Positions 1 to 9,793 of a DNA stretch of 39,950 nt are shown here, piece by piece. This DNA is from Trichomonas gallinae (lineage: Eukaryota). The DNA is taken from assembly GCA_008369845.1 (NCBI GenBank), contig MRSU01002298.1:1-39950 (forward strand). Direction: 5' to 3'. The position numbers and the translations under genes were made by a program. Position 1 is the first letter of the stretch, and every line of letters starts with the position of its first letter. The notes beneath the pieces were generated by a model. That model was not told where the DNA came from. It made no database searches and saw nothing but the letters and a program-made list of their open reading frames with translations.

Positions 1-26
1 AAAAAAAAAAAAAAAAAAAAAAAAAA
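1..26. repeat. Poly(A) run of at least 26 nt, truncated at the window edge
   Basis: The first 26 bases are all A. Confidence 0.9.
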
Positions 27-406
27 GACTCTAATAAAGTCTTTGAGTTAATATTTTGCTCATAGTATCTACGTTTGGAGTAGGGTAAGGTGTTGATTAT
101 TCAGTTTTTCAAATCCATCAAACCAAACCAGTTGTGTGAACATTTTAGAGAATTCCACGAAACGTGAGTGTCTGTGCAAACATAAACAGCAATTATAGTA
201 TGAAATATGATTGCCCTGTTAACATATATGTATTTATGAAATACATTACTAAGATATTACTTTCTGTAATCATTTTTCGCTACTAAAGATGTTATACGAA
301 GATGTGATTAAATCCGACAATAAAGTTGTTTTTATTGTCAAAAATTATATTAATTTGTCAATAAACAAGAGTTTATTTGTCAAATAAAAAATCAAAAAAT
401 TTTGAT

Positions 407-412
407 TCATTT
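407..412 (+). promoter_or_regulatory. Trichomonad initiator (Inr, TCAYW)
   Basis: TCATTT ends 4 nt before ATG 416. Confidence 0.55.
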
Positions 413-415
413 ATT

Positions 416-2356
416 ATGCAAAATCAAGGGGGAGGAATGCAAAATCCAATGCAAGGGATGCCGAGTGGCATGGGAAACCAACAGTCGCAAATGTCTGGTT
501 ATTCTCAAATGCAAATCCCTCCAAATGGACTGAATCAGATACAACAGCAGTTCCTAAATCTGGCAATGGGCCAGACGATGGCTCCTCAGCAGCAGTTGCC
601 CCCAATGAGTGGGAAACTAGCTGCTACAGTTCAAAATCAATTCCAACAAATTCAAAAAGCTTTAAACTCAATGAATCAACAAAACATGAACCAACAACTT
701 GGAAATATGAACCAACAGATGCAAGCATTTAGTGCAATCCAAGCATTCTCCCAAATAGCACCACAAATGCAAGCACAGCTTCAAAGACAAATGAATTATC
801 AATACAACCAGCACCAAAGGCAAATGACACCACAAAATCAACAAAAAATTACAAATCAACAATATAATTATTTAATGTCTCAGCAGAACCAACAGAAACC
901 ACGAAAGTCTAAAAAGCAAACCACAAAAAATCAAGTACCCACTCAATCGCAAGGAAATCAGCTTTCGCAAATGCAACAATATCAACAACAGTTTCAGCAA
1001 ATGCAACAGCAACAAATACAGCAGCAGATGCAACAACAGCAGCAACAACAAATGCAGCAGCAAATGCCTCAACAAAATCTCCAACAATCAATGGTTCAGC
1101 CGCAAATGCAGCAACCAATTCAACAATCTCAGTCTCAAAACATTCCTCAGCCAATACAACAACCAATTTCATCACAAATACCTCAACAACAAATTCCATC
1201 TCAAATTCCTCAACAAATGCAACAGCAAATTCCACAAATACAACAACCACCTCCGCCTCCTCCACCAATACAATCTGTTCAAAATCAAGCTCCAATTCCT
1301 CCAAATATTCCATCTAATCTTCCGAACATGAATTCAGCTCCAGAGTCAGCTTTTATTCGTCAGCTCCTAAAGAACCTTGATAAGGAAAGAACAGACTTTT
1401 TCTTCCGCTTATTCAACTGCAAGAAAATGAAAAGATCGAAAGAAGAAAGGCCAGATAGATTTATTTCCACGATATTTCCTGGCCTCAAGAATATTGACCA
1501 GGCCATTGTTTATCACCTCAGTGTATTGGTTGACAACATAAGAGGCCAGCAAGATGCTTTCATAAAACTATCAGACCCTCCAGTCCCGCCGATTTTCACG
1601 AAGCACAGGATGATTAAGCCAATTTACGCGCACGCTAGATATGTTGCGAGCACCGGGCTGGAAATGCAGCTGCCTAATATAGAAAAGCGCGGAGAACTTA
1701 GAGCACTAGGAAGTTTTGTTTTCTTAGGGGATCCACCTCCAGTGAATTGCATGTCAGTTCTCATTGACAAAACTGAGGTGAAACCGTGCAAATTTGGAAC
1801 AGAAAACTTCTATTTCATGGTGATGCCAACTGGCAAAAGTTTCTTCATTCAGTTCCCATATCCACCACCAAACTTTTTGACATGGTTTGCTGTCCAGTTT
1901 GTCGAGGAGAGGCCTGCCATTGATGTAGTCAGAGATCTATGTGCTGCGCGCAACATTGCGCAAACTCCGTCATCAGCAATTCTTGCACACACATCGAAAT
2001 GCACCGGTTGCTCGTTCGACGCAGCTTGGGCTGTTTCGGAGCTCCAAAGAAATGGCTTCGCGCAATGTCCTTCGTGCAGACAAGAGATACAGCTCGCTGA
2101 TCTGGAGCTGACTGTCGTCCAGGCCGGACAATGCCAACCGCAGTCATTCCAAACAGTGTCAGAGGATGAAGCAGCTCTCACACTCGCCAAACTTACACTG
2201 GCAGACCAAGTTTGCGCTTTGTCTCCTGCTGCAGAAGAAACAAGAGGCTGGAATGAGATGATATTCAATGGTGTCGGTCAGCCTCCTGGATCTTTCCATC
2301 AGATTGGCTATTCCGATACTAATGAATATATCAATGCCGTCCTTTCCATGAATTAA
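416..2356 (+). CDS. Q/N/P-rich low-complexity protein with a C-terminal degenerate MIZ/SP-RING zinc finger (ZMIZ/PIAS-like)
   Basis: The ORF track starts at TTG 377; the first ATG is at 416, preceded by an Inr-like TCATTT (407-412). About 300 aa are Q/M/P-rich. The C-terminal C-TG-C-SFD...CPSC...I..ADL resembles the SP-RING pattern C-x-H-x2-CFD...CPxC...DL. Confidence 0.75.
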   Translation: MQNQGGGMQNPMQGMPSGMGNQQSQMSGYSQMQIPPNGLNQIQQQFLNLAMGQTMAPQQQLPPMSGKLAATVQNQFQQIQKALNSMNQQNMNQQLGNMNQQMQAFSAIQAFSQIAPQMQAQLQRQMNYQYNQHQRQMTPQNQQKITNQQYNYLMSQQNQQKPRKSKKQTTKNQVPTQSQGNQLSQMQQYQQQFQQMQQQQIQQQMQQQQQQQMQQQMPQQNLQQSMVQPQMQQPIQQSQSQNIPQPIQQPISSQIPQQQIPSQIPQQMQQQIPQIQQPPPPPPPIQSVQNQAPIPPNIPSNLPNMNSAPESAFIRQLLKNLDKERTDFFFRLFNCKKMKRSKEERPDRFISTIFPGLKNIDQAIVYHLSVLVDNIRGQQDAFIKLSDPPVPPIFTKHRMIKPIYAHARYVASTGLEMQLPNIEKRGELRALGSFVFLGDPPPVNCMSVLIDKTEVKPCKFGTENFYFMVMPTGKSFFIQFPYPPPNFLTWFAVQFVEERPAIDVVRDLCAARNIAQTPSSAILAHTSKCTGCSFDAAWAVSELQRNGFAQCPSCRQEIQLADLELTVVQAGQCQPQSFQTVSEDEAALTLAKLTLADQVCALSPAAEETRGWNEMIFNGVGQPPGSFHQIGYSDTNEYINAVLSMN

Positions 2357-2913
2357 TTATTGTTTATATTATTATGTTTGTAAAATAAAATGCATACTTA
2401 TATTTTATATGCTGGTGAAATAATCTTTCTATGATCTGGAATCCTCTATATATAATAACCAAAATCGAATATTCACAAGCAAGAAATGTGCAATAAATGA
2501 TGCATTTTTTGATTTTCTTTTAAACTAAACCATCTTATTTGAGTTATTGAGTTTAACTAAAAAAAATCAATAGAAGAAACTTTTCTTTATATTTATATGG
2601 AAGATAAAACTCGAATACACATTAATAATAAATTTGATAATACAAAATGGTAAAAATCATTAATAGGTGAGTCTTATCTATGTTAATAACACTCTATATT
2701 CAATAAATATGACTATATCATGAAAACTCAAACTGTACATCGAAATCAATTTTGAATTTCGATAACAATTCATTTATTTCGGAGAATTGTCATAGGAACA
2801 GAAGTTATTATATGATGCGTGTATGTTATAAAGAAATAGGTAATGAATTTACACTAAAACAAATATAAAACAACATTTACTAACAATAAAGATCGATATA
2901 ATAATAACAATAA

Positions 2914-3981
2914 TTAAGAAGCAAGGTAATTATATATATTCTGTGCTTGTAGTTCTTGTTCTGCCAGCCACTGGATTGAGCATAAATCATTTGCTGACAT
3001 TCTCTGATCTGGATTCTTTTCTAAAAGCCCAGATATGACTGTCTTTAGTTCATTAGGTATAGATGGGATCTCAGGGAACTCTAGTTCCCCTAGATCCAAA
3101 CTTTTTGAGACATTTTTAACATAATTCTGTTCTACTTGGACCAGACCTCGTTCCAGTTTGTATGGGTAGCATCCAAACAGAAGAACGAAGACTGTGACGC
3201 CCAAACTCCAAAGATCTGGTGGCCGTGGCTTATATAATGTTGGTGAGACTTCAGGGGCCATGAAAATGGGTGAGCCAGTATAGCCTGTGAGCATCTCATC
3301 GTCTGACTTCAAAATTGCTGAGACTGAATAATCACACAAAACATAATTTCCATCAAGAAGCAAAATGTTTTGTGGTTTGATATCTCTGTGCACTATTCTA
3401 TGCGAATGCATGTATTGTAAAGCATTCCCGATCTGATTTAATAATTGAATCGCTCCAGCAACAGATATTTCAGGTCTGTTTGAAGGCTGTAAAGCACCAT
3501 GCTGAGCCAATGGCATTGTTACTATAAAATCGCCTGTTATCGATTTAAAATGGGAGAAAACTTTTAGACAAAAATTATTATCGAGCATTTTTGCAATTTC
3601 AACTTCCAATGGAATTCCATCGCGTAAATTATTAACTTTCTTATATCTTTTAAGAGCCACGTGCTCACCTTTATCATCTTTAATTGCTTCATATACAGCA
3701 GCTTCAGCGCCATCGCCAATTCTTCGAATAATTGTATATCCTTCGATTTCGTCTTCCGCTGATTGGAAATAAGTCTGAGATTGCTTAGTATTCTTGTTAT
3801 TCGCGTCCTCGCATAAGCTTGAAGCAAATTCGTCGCAAAATCTGTTAATCGGATTAGATATTACGGCTAATAGAGGGTGTTCGGCAGCCTCAGCTGCCCC
3901 ATTAACACTCCTATCGTCAAGCTTAGAACCACTAATGCCCAAAACGAGAAAATTTAAAAAGTGACAAAATTTGTAAAACAT
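2914..3981 (-). CDS. Ser/Thr protein kinase, CAMK-like; the true start may be TTG at 3942
   Basis: Motifs IGDGAEAAV, VALK, HRDIKPQN, DYS (at the DFG position), GSPIFMAPE and DLWSLG. Confidence 0.92.
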   Translation of the reverse strand: MFYKFCHFLNFLVLGISGSKLDDRSVNGAAEAAEHPLLAVISNPINRFCDEFASSLCEDANNKNTKQSQTYFQSAEDEIEGYTIIRRIGDGAEAAVYEAIKDDKGEHVALKRYKKVNNLRDGIPLEVEIAKMLDNNFCLKVFSHFKSITGDFIVTMPLAQHGALQPSNRPEISVAGAIQLLNQIGNALQYMHSHRIVHRDIKPQNILLLDGNYVLCDYSVSAILKSDDEMLTGYTGSPIFMAPEVSPTLYKPRPPDLWSLGVTVFVLLFGCYPYKLERGLVQVEQNYVKNVSKSLDLGELEFPEIPSIPNELKTVISGLLEKNPDQRMSANDLCSIQWLAEQELQAQNIYNYLAS

Positions 3982-4468
3982 TGAATTTTAAAATCACTTT
4001 TTAAACATATATTCTATATCCTTATATATTTCTATAGATATTTTCAATAACAAAAATCATTTTTAATGATATTGACTTAAATCAACATTATTTTTAGATT
4101 GGAAATAGTATTCTTTAGGACAACTTAATTATTTTGATGCATTGTGATGTTAATTATATAACAATGATGATGATTTAGATATCTATGTGTTATTAGCTGT
4201 TTTTGTCCGTTGAAGACTTTCTCGAGGAATAAGGTTAATTATATTGTAAAGAAATTAAATTTGGAAAATAGAAGAATGTATGCTATATACATATCTTCAC
4301 AATAATTTTTACTAACAAAAGTACCATAAATCTCTATAATAAAACATATTGATTTTTATGATATCAGCTTTTGGACACTATTGAATCTAAATTCAATCTT
4401 TTTGAATCAATACATAGCTAAATTCTAAATCGTTTGTCTGAATTTCGCAGACAAAAAAATAAATTCAT

Positions 4469-4766
4469 GAATTTCGCATCAAAATCAATTTTAAAGTCTA
4501 TTTCATACATAATCCTCGATATAAAATAATATTATAATAGTCATTAAGCCCAAAAATGAAAAGAAAAGAATTTCGAAATAAAATCAATTTTAAAAGTCAT
4601 TTTATATACATCTATGACTGAGAAATGGTATAATAATAGTAATAAAGCATAGAAATGAAATAAATAAGATTTCGAAATCTTTAAAGCCTATTTTAAATAT
4701 TCCTATAAATGAGAAACACTATAAACATAGTAATAAAGCATAGAAGTGAAGAGAAGAAAATTTCGG
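4469..4766. repeat. Degenerate tandem repeat, 3 units of about 90-100 bp
   Basis: Units begin (G)ATTTCG at about 4469, 4568 and 4668. AAAATCAATTTTAAA is shared by units 1-2 and ATAGTAATAAAGCATAGAA by units 2-3. Confidence 0.75.
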
Positions 4767-4913
4767 TTTCGTTTAATAACCTTAAATTTCAAATTCCAAA
4801 ATTTTCCACAATATAACTTTTATATCACATAAAAGATCCAAAAATTCAAAAAAGAGTTTTGCGGTTCTAAAGATTTGATCAAAGACGATGAAAGATTTTG
4901 ACAATAAAAAAAA

Positions 4914-6749
4914 ATGGCTGAAGCATCAGGTAACAACGGGAAGCTTGATGAGCGTCCTTTAGTTCCCAAAATCCTTGAAGCCGAGGACAGGCCGCTTATT
5001 TTCGGTGCTCGTCCTGCTTCTTATAATAGGAAACCATTCGTTACACCAGCGATCAGCTTTGATCATTTAAGCTATGTCAGTTTCCAGAACATCCTGTGGA
5101 CGATACTTTGCGGCTGGTGGGTTTCTTTGTTCATCATGATCACGGCTTTATTGCTGATTATTACTGGTTTCGGTTATAAGATCGGCATCAGGTTGATCGG
5201 ACTGGCTAAATTTGTTTTTTATCCTTTCGGAAGATACGCGTATCTTGATAACAGCGAAAAACCGAATATTTTGGGAAGAATATTATTCTACCTTTTCGCA
5301 TCCATTTTCATTGCTATCCCTTTGATATTGTCCATGATGCTCTCGTGGGAGCTCATTTTCTACATCCCAATGGCTAAGTTTTTGACGAGAGTTATGTCTC
5401 AAACGTTTACAAACATCTGGCGTCTGAAATTTGCACGTCTGAAGCATCACAACGCCAAGTCTGGCCGTCTTCCGGTTATTTTGACCTACAGCTCCGGTTC
5501 ATTCCTTTATTTCAAGTTTTCATTCTTCGGAATGGACGTTCCATACATTAATCTTTGGCCATTTATCATTGCTACAGCTTACATCGGCTATGGTGCATCT
5601 GAACACGTCAAAGAACACAACGCCGTACTTTTCACGTTCATAACTATTCTTGCAACAATCCCCTGCATGTATGTCATCGGTGTCTGCACTGAAATCATCT
5701 CAGGACGCTGCGGTCTCGTACTCGGTTCTCTCATCAACGCAGGTTTCACAGGTTTGGTCGAATTAATTCTTTTCTACTTCTCAATCAAGAAAGGTCTTGG
5801 GCAGGTCGTCCAGTCCGCAGTCACAGGAGCCTTCCTTATGAACCTTCTCGTCATCCCAGGCCTTTCTATGCTGGCAGCTGGTATTAAATGGAAAGAAGTC
5901 AAGCTTAACAGGAAGGTTCAGTCCGTTTCTGGCACTTTCTTGTTCCTCGCCATCGTCGCTGTCTTCTTCCCAGCCGTTTTCTTCAACATCTACAGAAGAC
6001 CAGATTTAATATGCAAAGAATGCAACGGACAGCAAGGTGTTTTCCACATTAGTTCCAATTCTGGCCTCAACTGCTCGCAATGCAGCATGCAAAACCCAGA
6101 AATTCTCGATACTGATCCAGTTTACAAGTCAATGGCCAAGCCTTTGATGTACACGACATCAGTGTTGATGCCAATTGTGTATGGCGTCGGTCTTTTCTTC
6201 TCACTTCACACACACAAATATATTTACGATCAATTCGAAGAAGAGCAACGCGGTGAAGATTCCGTTGAAACAATGTCAACATGGATCTGTGTCATTGTCC
6301 TTCTCGTGTCCTGCGTCATTTTCTCTATAGTTTGTGAAATTGTCACTGATGTCATGCCTCCAGCCATCGATCAGATGCATTTAACAGAGCGTTTCGTCGG
6401 TCTCGTCTTCTACACAATGATTCCAGCTGTCGCTGAATTCATGAATGCGATTAGATTCGCTCTCGAAGGAAATATGGGTCTTTCTCTTGAAATTGGTAAC
6501 CAAGGTGCTATGGTTGTCTCTTTGATCCAGATGCCAGCCCTTGTTCTCATCTCTGCAACTATTGGAAATAAGAGAGCTGAAGATTCTTTCACCCTCATGT
6601 TCGAAATGATTGATGTATTCGCTGTCATCATATCTGTATTGCTCAGGAACTTCATGCTCATGGAAAACTCAATCAACTACTTCACTGGTTTCGCTTTCTT
6701 GGTCATCTTCACGCTTATCGCTGTCGTTTACTATTTCGACCCATACTAA
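4914..6749 (+). CDS. Type II CAX / Vnx1-like cation/H+ exchanger (YccF/DUF307 domain plus two Na_Ca_ex halves)
   Basis: NILWTILCGWW and FYPFGR match DUF307. Alpha-repeat-like segments LINAGFTGLVELIL/GAFLMNLL and PAVAEFMNAIRFALEGNMGLSLEIG. Many TM helices and a CxxC...CxxC loop. Confidence 0.88.
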   Translation: MAEASGNNGKLDERPLVPKILEAEDRPLIFGARPASYNRKPFVTPAISFDHLSYVSFQNILWTILCGWWVSLFIMITALLLIITGFGYKIGIRLIGLAKFVFYPFGRYAYLDNSEKPNILGRILFYLFASIFIAIPLILSMMLSWELIFYIPMAKFLTRVMSQTFTNIWRLKFARLKHHNAKSGRLPVILTYSSGSFLYFKFSFFGMDVPYINLWPFIIATAYIGYGASEHVKEHNAVLFTFITILATIPCMYVIGVCTEIISGRCGLVLGSLINAGFTGLVELILFYFSIKKGLGQVVQSAVTGAFLMNLLVIPGLSMLAAGIKWKEVKLNRKVQSVSGTFLFLAIVAVFFPAVFFNIYRRPDLICKECNGQQGVFHISSNSGLNCSQCSMQNPEILDTDPVYKSMAKPLMYTTSVLMPIVYGVGLFFSLHTHKYIYDQFEEEQRGEDSVETMSTWICVIVLLVSCVIFSIVCEIVTDVMPPAIDQMHLTERFVGLVFYTMIPAVAEFMNAIRFALEGNMGLSLEIGNQGAMVVSLIQMPALVLISATIGNKRAEDSFTLMFEMIDVFAVIISVLLRNFMLMENSINYFTGFAFLVIFTLIAVVYYFDPY

Positions 6750-7193
6750 GCTCAGGGCCTTTATACTTATCTCTATCTTTCCCTCAACTTCATCAGATTT
6801 ACGTTTTCACAGTTTCAAAAATTGTGCAAATCTAAATCTTCCTTAAATAAAACAATAATATTAAAGAACTTCTATTTTTATCCAATACACATTAATACTT
6901 AGATAAATTTCCTATTTAAATCAAAAATAATAAGCATAAACATCATATTTTGATAAGTAAACTATAATATATACAACCATTTTGATTAATTAATCATATA
7001 AAAACATGATAAAAATCATAAAAAATCAAATATTTTCGAAAAATAACTAAAAATCCATTATTTAATAATATTTTCGTTATTGTTTTATTTATTGTTGGAT
7101 AAATATATAATTTTTGCTGTTTTCAAGGAAAATAATTATATTTTATACAAACAAATATATTTTAAAAAAACAAAAAAGGTAAATATCAGGATC

Positions 7194-9035
7194 TCAGTCT
7201 CCTTGATCTGTTTCTGACTCTGATTCCATCATTCTTGCCTTTCTTAAATTCTCCCTTGCAGCTTCCATCTTCTCCTGAGCGTCCTGCAAGCTCATCTTCT
7301 TTCTTTTGATGTGCGAGAACGGGCTGATGGCTGTCGTCACAGCAAGCATCACCACCCAGTATAGCACAGCTACTATTCTCAGCACGAGCTGCAGCAGTGT
7401 CATCTTGAACGACACGGCGCCGCCTGCGGATGTCCGAAGCTTGTCCAGCAAAACGTCGTTCTTCTCGCAAACAGAATGACTCTTCTGGGCAACATCTGTC
7501 ACCTTCTGTGACGTGCACTGCAGCTGAAACACTGTGTTCGACAGGCACCCTTCTAGTCCTTCTACTGACCCTGTCAGCTTTCCGATCGCATCGACTGCAC
7601 CTAGAGATCTCTCCCTTATCGAGTTCGACGCTGTCGTGAGGCTCTGCATCTCGATCCTCGGCAGCGAAAACGCCTCGCTGATCGAATAAGCGGCTGCGCT
7701 GAAGAAGGTGTCTATCGAGCTTGGCTGGATCGGAATCTTCGGGACTTTTTTTGATAACTCGAGAGTCTGGCTGTCAATGAACGGACGCGGCGACTGTTCT
7801 TTGACGTTCGACGTCGCATTGGGCGGAACGAGAACTTCAACGAAATCGTTATCATCTCTTCGAGAAAACTGCCTCGCGTCCCTTGTGTTTCTCGTTCTCT
7901 TGCGTGTGCTGTGACTGTCTGTCTCGCTCTCGTCGTCCGGGAATGCAGGCATCGTGCCGCTCTTTGGTACCAAGGAACTTGGCCCAGTTTGTTTCGTGAT
8001 GTTCGCCATGTTCATGGAGCCGCTCTTTGGGATGTTGTTCGAAGATTTGAACGCCATCATGCTCTGCATAGACGATGTCGGCTGAGGGCTGCCGTCAGGA
8101 AGAGGAGTCATAGCCTTTGGTTGATCTCTGGCGTTGAGATAAACGTTTGCTGGCTGTGTAGGTGTCGGCGGCGGCGATTTTTGGACTGGAGGATTAAGAG
8201 AAGTCTTTGACATGCCGATGGGAACAATTGGGAGCCTGGCGAGTGATGGTCTTCGCTTCGGCTCTGGTAGTTTAGGTAATGCATCAAGAGTTCTTTGATT
8301 TTCTCTTGAAATTTGTGGATTATATAAAGATTTAGGTGCTTCTTGGAACATTGGCTGATTTTCTTGTGGTTTTGTCTCCTTAGCTGGAGATTGTGACCGT
8401 TTTTCTTCTTCTTTTGGCGTTGTTGAATTCGGTCCCAAATCAGCACTTGCAATTTGACCGATTTGGGGATATTTGATCTGTATTGCAGAGCTCTGACTGG
8501 AAAATGCTGGTTTTTCAGGGTCTGGGATGTTTTTATGAGAATGTTTTGATTTCTTCGATTGTTTTTGTTTCTTTTCTTGTAATAGTTTATCTCTCTTTGT
8601 TGGATCATCATTATCTTCAACATCAGCATCACCATCATCATCGGAAAACTGTGTGGAAGTGATAATTGGAGTTGGATTCGGCAGAAGTCTATTTTGTTGG
8701 TAAACAGGTGTAGTAACAGGAGGGCCATCCGTTAGTGGTTTAGAAACAGTTGCGGGTATCTTCTCTTTCGCTGGAGCGGGTTCGATTTTAGCGATTTCTG
8801 GTGTTTGCGCCTCTTGTTTTGGCATTCTCTTAGCAAAATTCCTCTGAAAGTATGACCCTTTTCCGAAATTGTAATGTGTTTCTGGAGTCTGCTGAGAGTT
8901 TTCATGTAATTCAGAATTTAATATCGGATTTGCAACTTGTTTTGGCGAACGCCTCGGCGTATATCCGATCTGGTTATCCAGGGAATTCATTTCGTCTGGA
9001 TCATCCATCATCAAATCAAGTCTTTTGCCTCTCAT
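7194..9035 (-). CDS. Hypothetical protein: long disordered P/S/Q-rich region, C-terminal coiled coil and one hydrophobic TM segment
   Basis: 613-aa ATG ORF. Hydrophobic LLQLVLRIVAVLYWVVMLAVTTAI lies near the C-terminus. Confidence 0.85.
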   Translation of the reverse strand: MRGKRLDLMMDDPDEMNSLDNQIGYTPRRSPKQVANPILNSELHENSQQTPETHYNFGKGSYFQRNFAKRMPKQEAQTPEIAKIEPAPAKEKIPATVSKPLTDGPPVTTPVYQQNRLLPNPTPIITSTQFSDDDGDADVEDNDDPTKRDKLLQEKKQKQSKKSKHSHKNIPDPEKPAFSSQSSAIQIKYPQIGQIASADLGPNSTTPKEEEKRSQSPAKETKPQENQPMFQEAPKSLYNPQISRENQRTLDALPKLPEPKRRPSLARLPIVPIGMSKTSLNPPVQKSPPPTPTQPANVYLNARDQPKAMTPLPDGSPQPTSSMQSMMAFKSSNNIPKSGSMNMANITKQTGPSSLVPKSGTMPAFPDDESETDSHSTRKRTRNTRDARQFSRRDDNDFVEVLVPPNATSNVKEQSPRPFIDSQTLELSKKVPKIPIQPSSIDTFFSAAAYSISEAFSLPRIEMQSLTTASNSIRERSLGAVDAIGKLTGSVEGLEGCLSNTVFQLQCTSQKVTDVAQKSHSVCEKNDVLLDKLRTSAGGAVSFKMTLLQLVLRIVAVLYWVVMLAVTTAISPFSHIKRKKMSLQDAQEKMEAARENLRKARMMESESETDQGD

Positions 9036-9088
9036 GTAAATTTTTCCTGATTTTTTATAAAGGGTGTGTTTAAAAATTTTTGGGTAAT

Positions 9089-9119
9089 TTTACATGTCAA
9101 AATTATAGTTTACATGACA
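9089..9119. promoter_or_regulatory. Paired TTTACATGWCA motifs, 20-bp spacing
   Basis: TTTACATGTCA at 9089-9099 and TTTACATGACA at 9109-9119, 54-84 bp upstream of ATG 9035. Confidence 0.6.
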
Positions 9120-9177
9120 AAAATACAAAAAATGCTACTTTTCATAAAAATTATGATAGCCTTTTTTTTCCCTTTAA

Positions 9178-9384
9178 TTTGACAATAATATAGCTTTGAT
9201 TGTTGCTTCAAGAAGAGATCATCATGAAGTCGTCAAACTCCTTCTCATATTTCCTGGAATAGATGTCAACACAAAAAACAATGAATATGAAGCAGCTTTG
9301 ATTGTTGCATCAAAAGGACATCATCATGAAGTCGCCAAGCACCTTCTCACAGTTTCTGGAATAGATAGAAAAGCTATAGTTTAA
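9178..9384 (+). pseudogene. Ankyrin-repeat gene fragment (two repeats, no ATG)
   Basis: ALIVASRRDHHEVVKLLL..PGIDVN / ALIVASKGHHHEVAKHLL..SGID, a 99-bp internal duplication. In-frame TAA at 9175-9177 and no in-frame ATG. Confidence 0.75.
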
Positions 9385-9738
9385 TTTAAAATACATCACA
9401 TTGATTCCATTTAAGAATAAATCGTGCCTTATATAATCGAATGGTTATCTTTTCTTCGTGCATCAAGTTATTTTACAGATGAATGCTGCTATTTTGAATC
9501 CATAGCAACAATGTATATCTTGACTGAAAGCTAATGCAATAATTATAATTTTTTGAGAGTTGAATTCATTGTATTTTTCGATTCCTTTAGTCTACATTAT
9601 TTTTGTCGTTTTTCGTAGTTTTCTGCCTCTTCTGAGTGATTTCAAGTGCTACAGATACATCAAGACTCTTCTAAAAGAATGGAAGCGAATAATTTTTGTA
9701 AATCGATTCATTGATTACGATTTTGATATGTAAGTATA

Positions 9739-9767
9739 TTTACATGGCAAAAACTGTTTACGTGTCA
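9739..9767. promoter_or_regulatory. Paired motif variants TTTACATGGCA / TTTACGTGTCA, 18-bp spacing
   Basis: At 9739-9749 and 9757-9767, just upstream of ATG 9794. Confidence 0.55.
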
Positions 9768-9793
9768 AAAAATTAAATTTTTCACGAGCATCA

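Noticed and set aside
377..415. TTG-start extensions in the ORF track for gene 1 and for the genes at 12510, 25108, 33652 and 38229
   Set aside because: Each has a nearby in-frame ATG, and the extension is AT-rich promoter or UTR sequence, unlike the two TTG cases reported.
4277..4321. GTATGC...ACTAACAAAAG intron-like signals
   Set aside because: Intergenic, joins no ORFs, and does not match the ACTAACACACAG trichomonad 3' consensus.
9430..9700. Moderately GC-rich intergenic stretch that might be a decayed gene
   Set aside because: Only short open frames and no recognisable homology.
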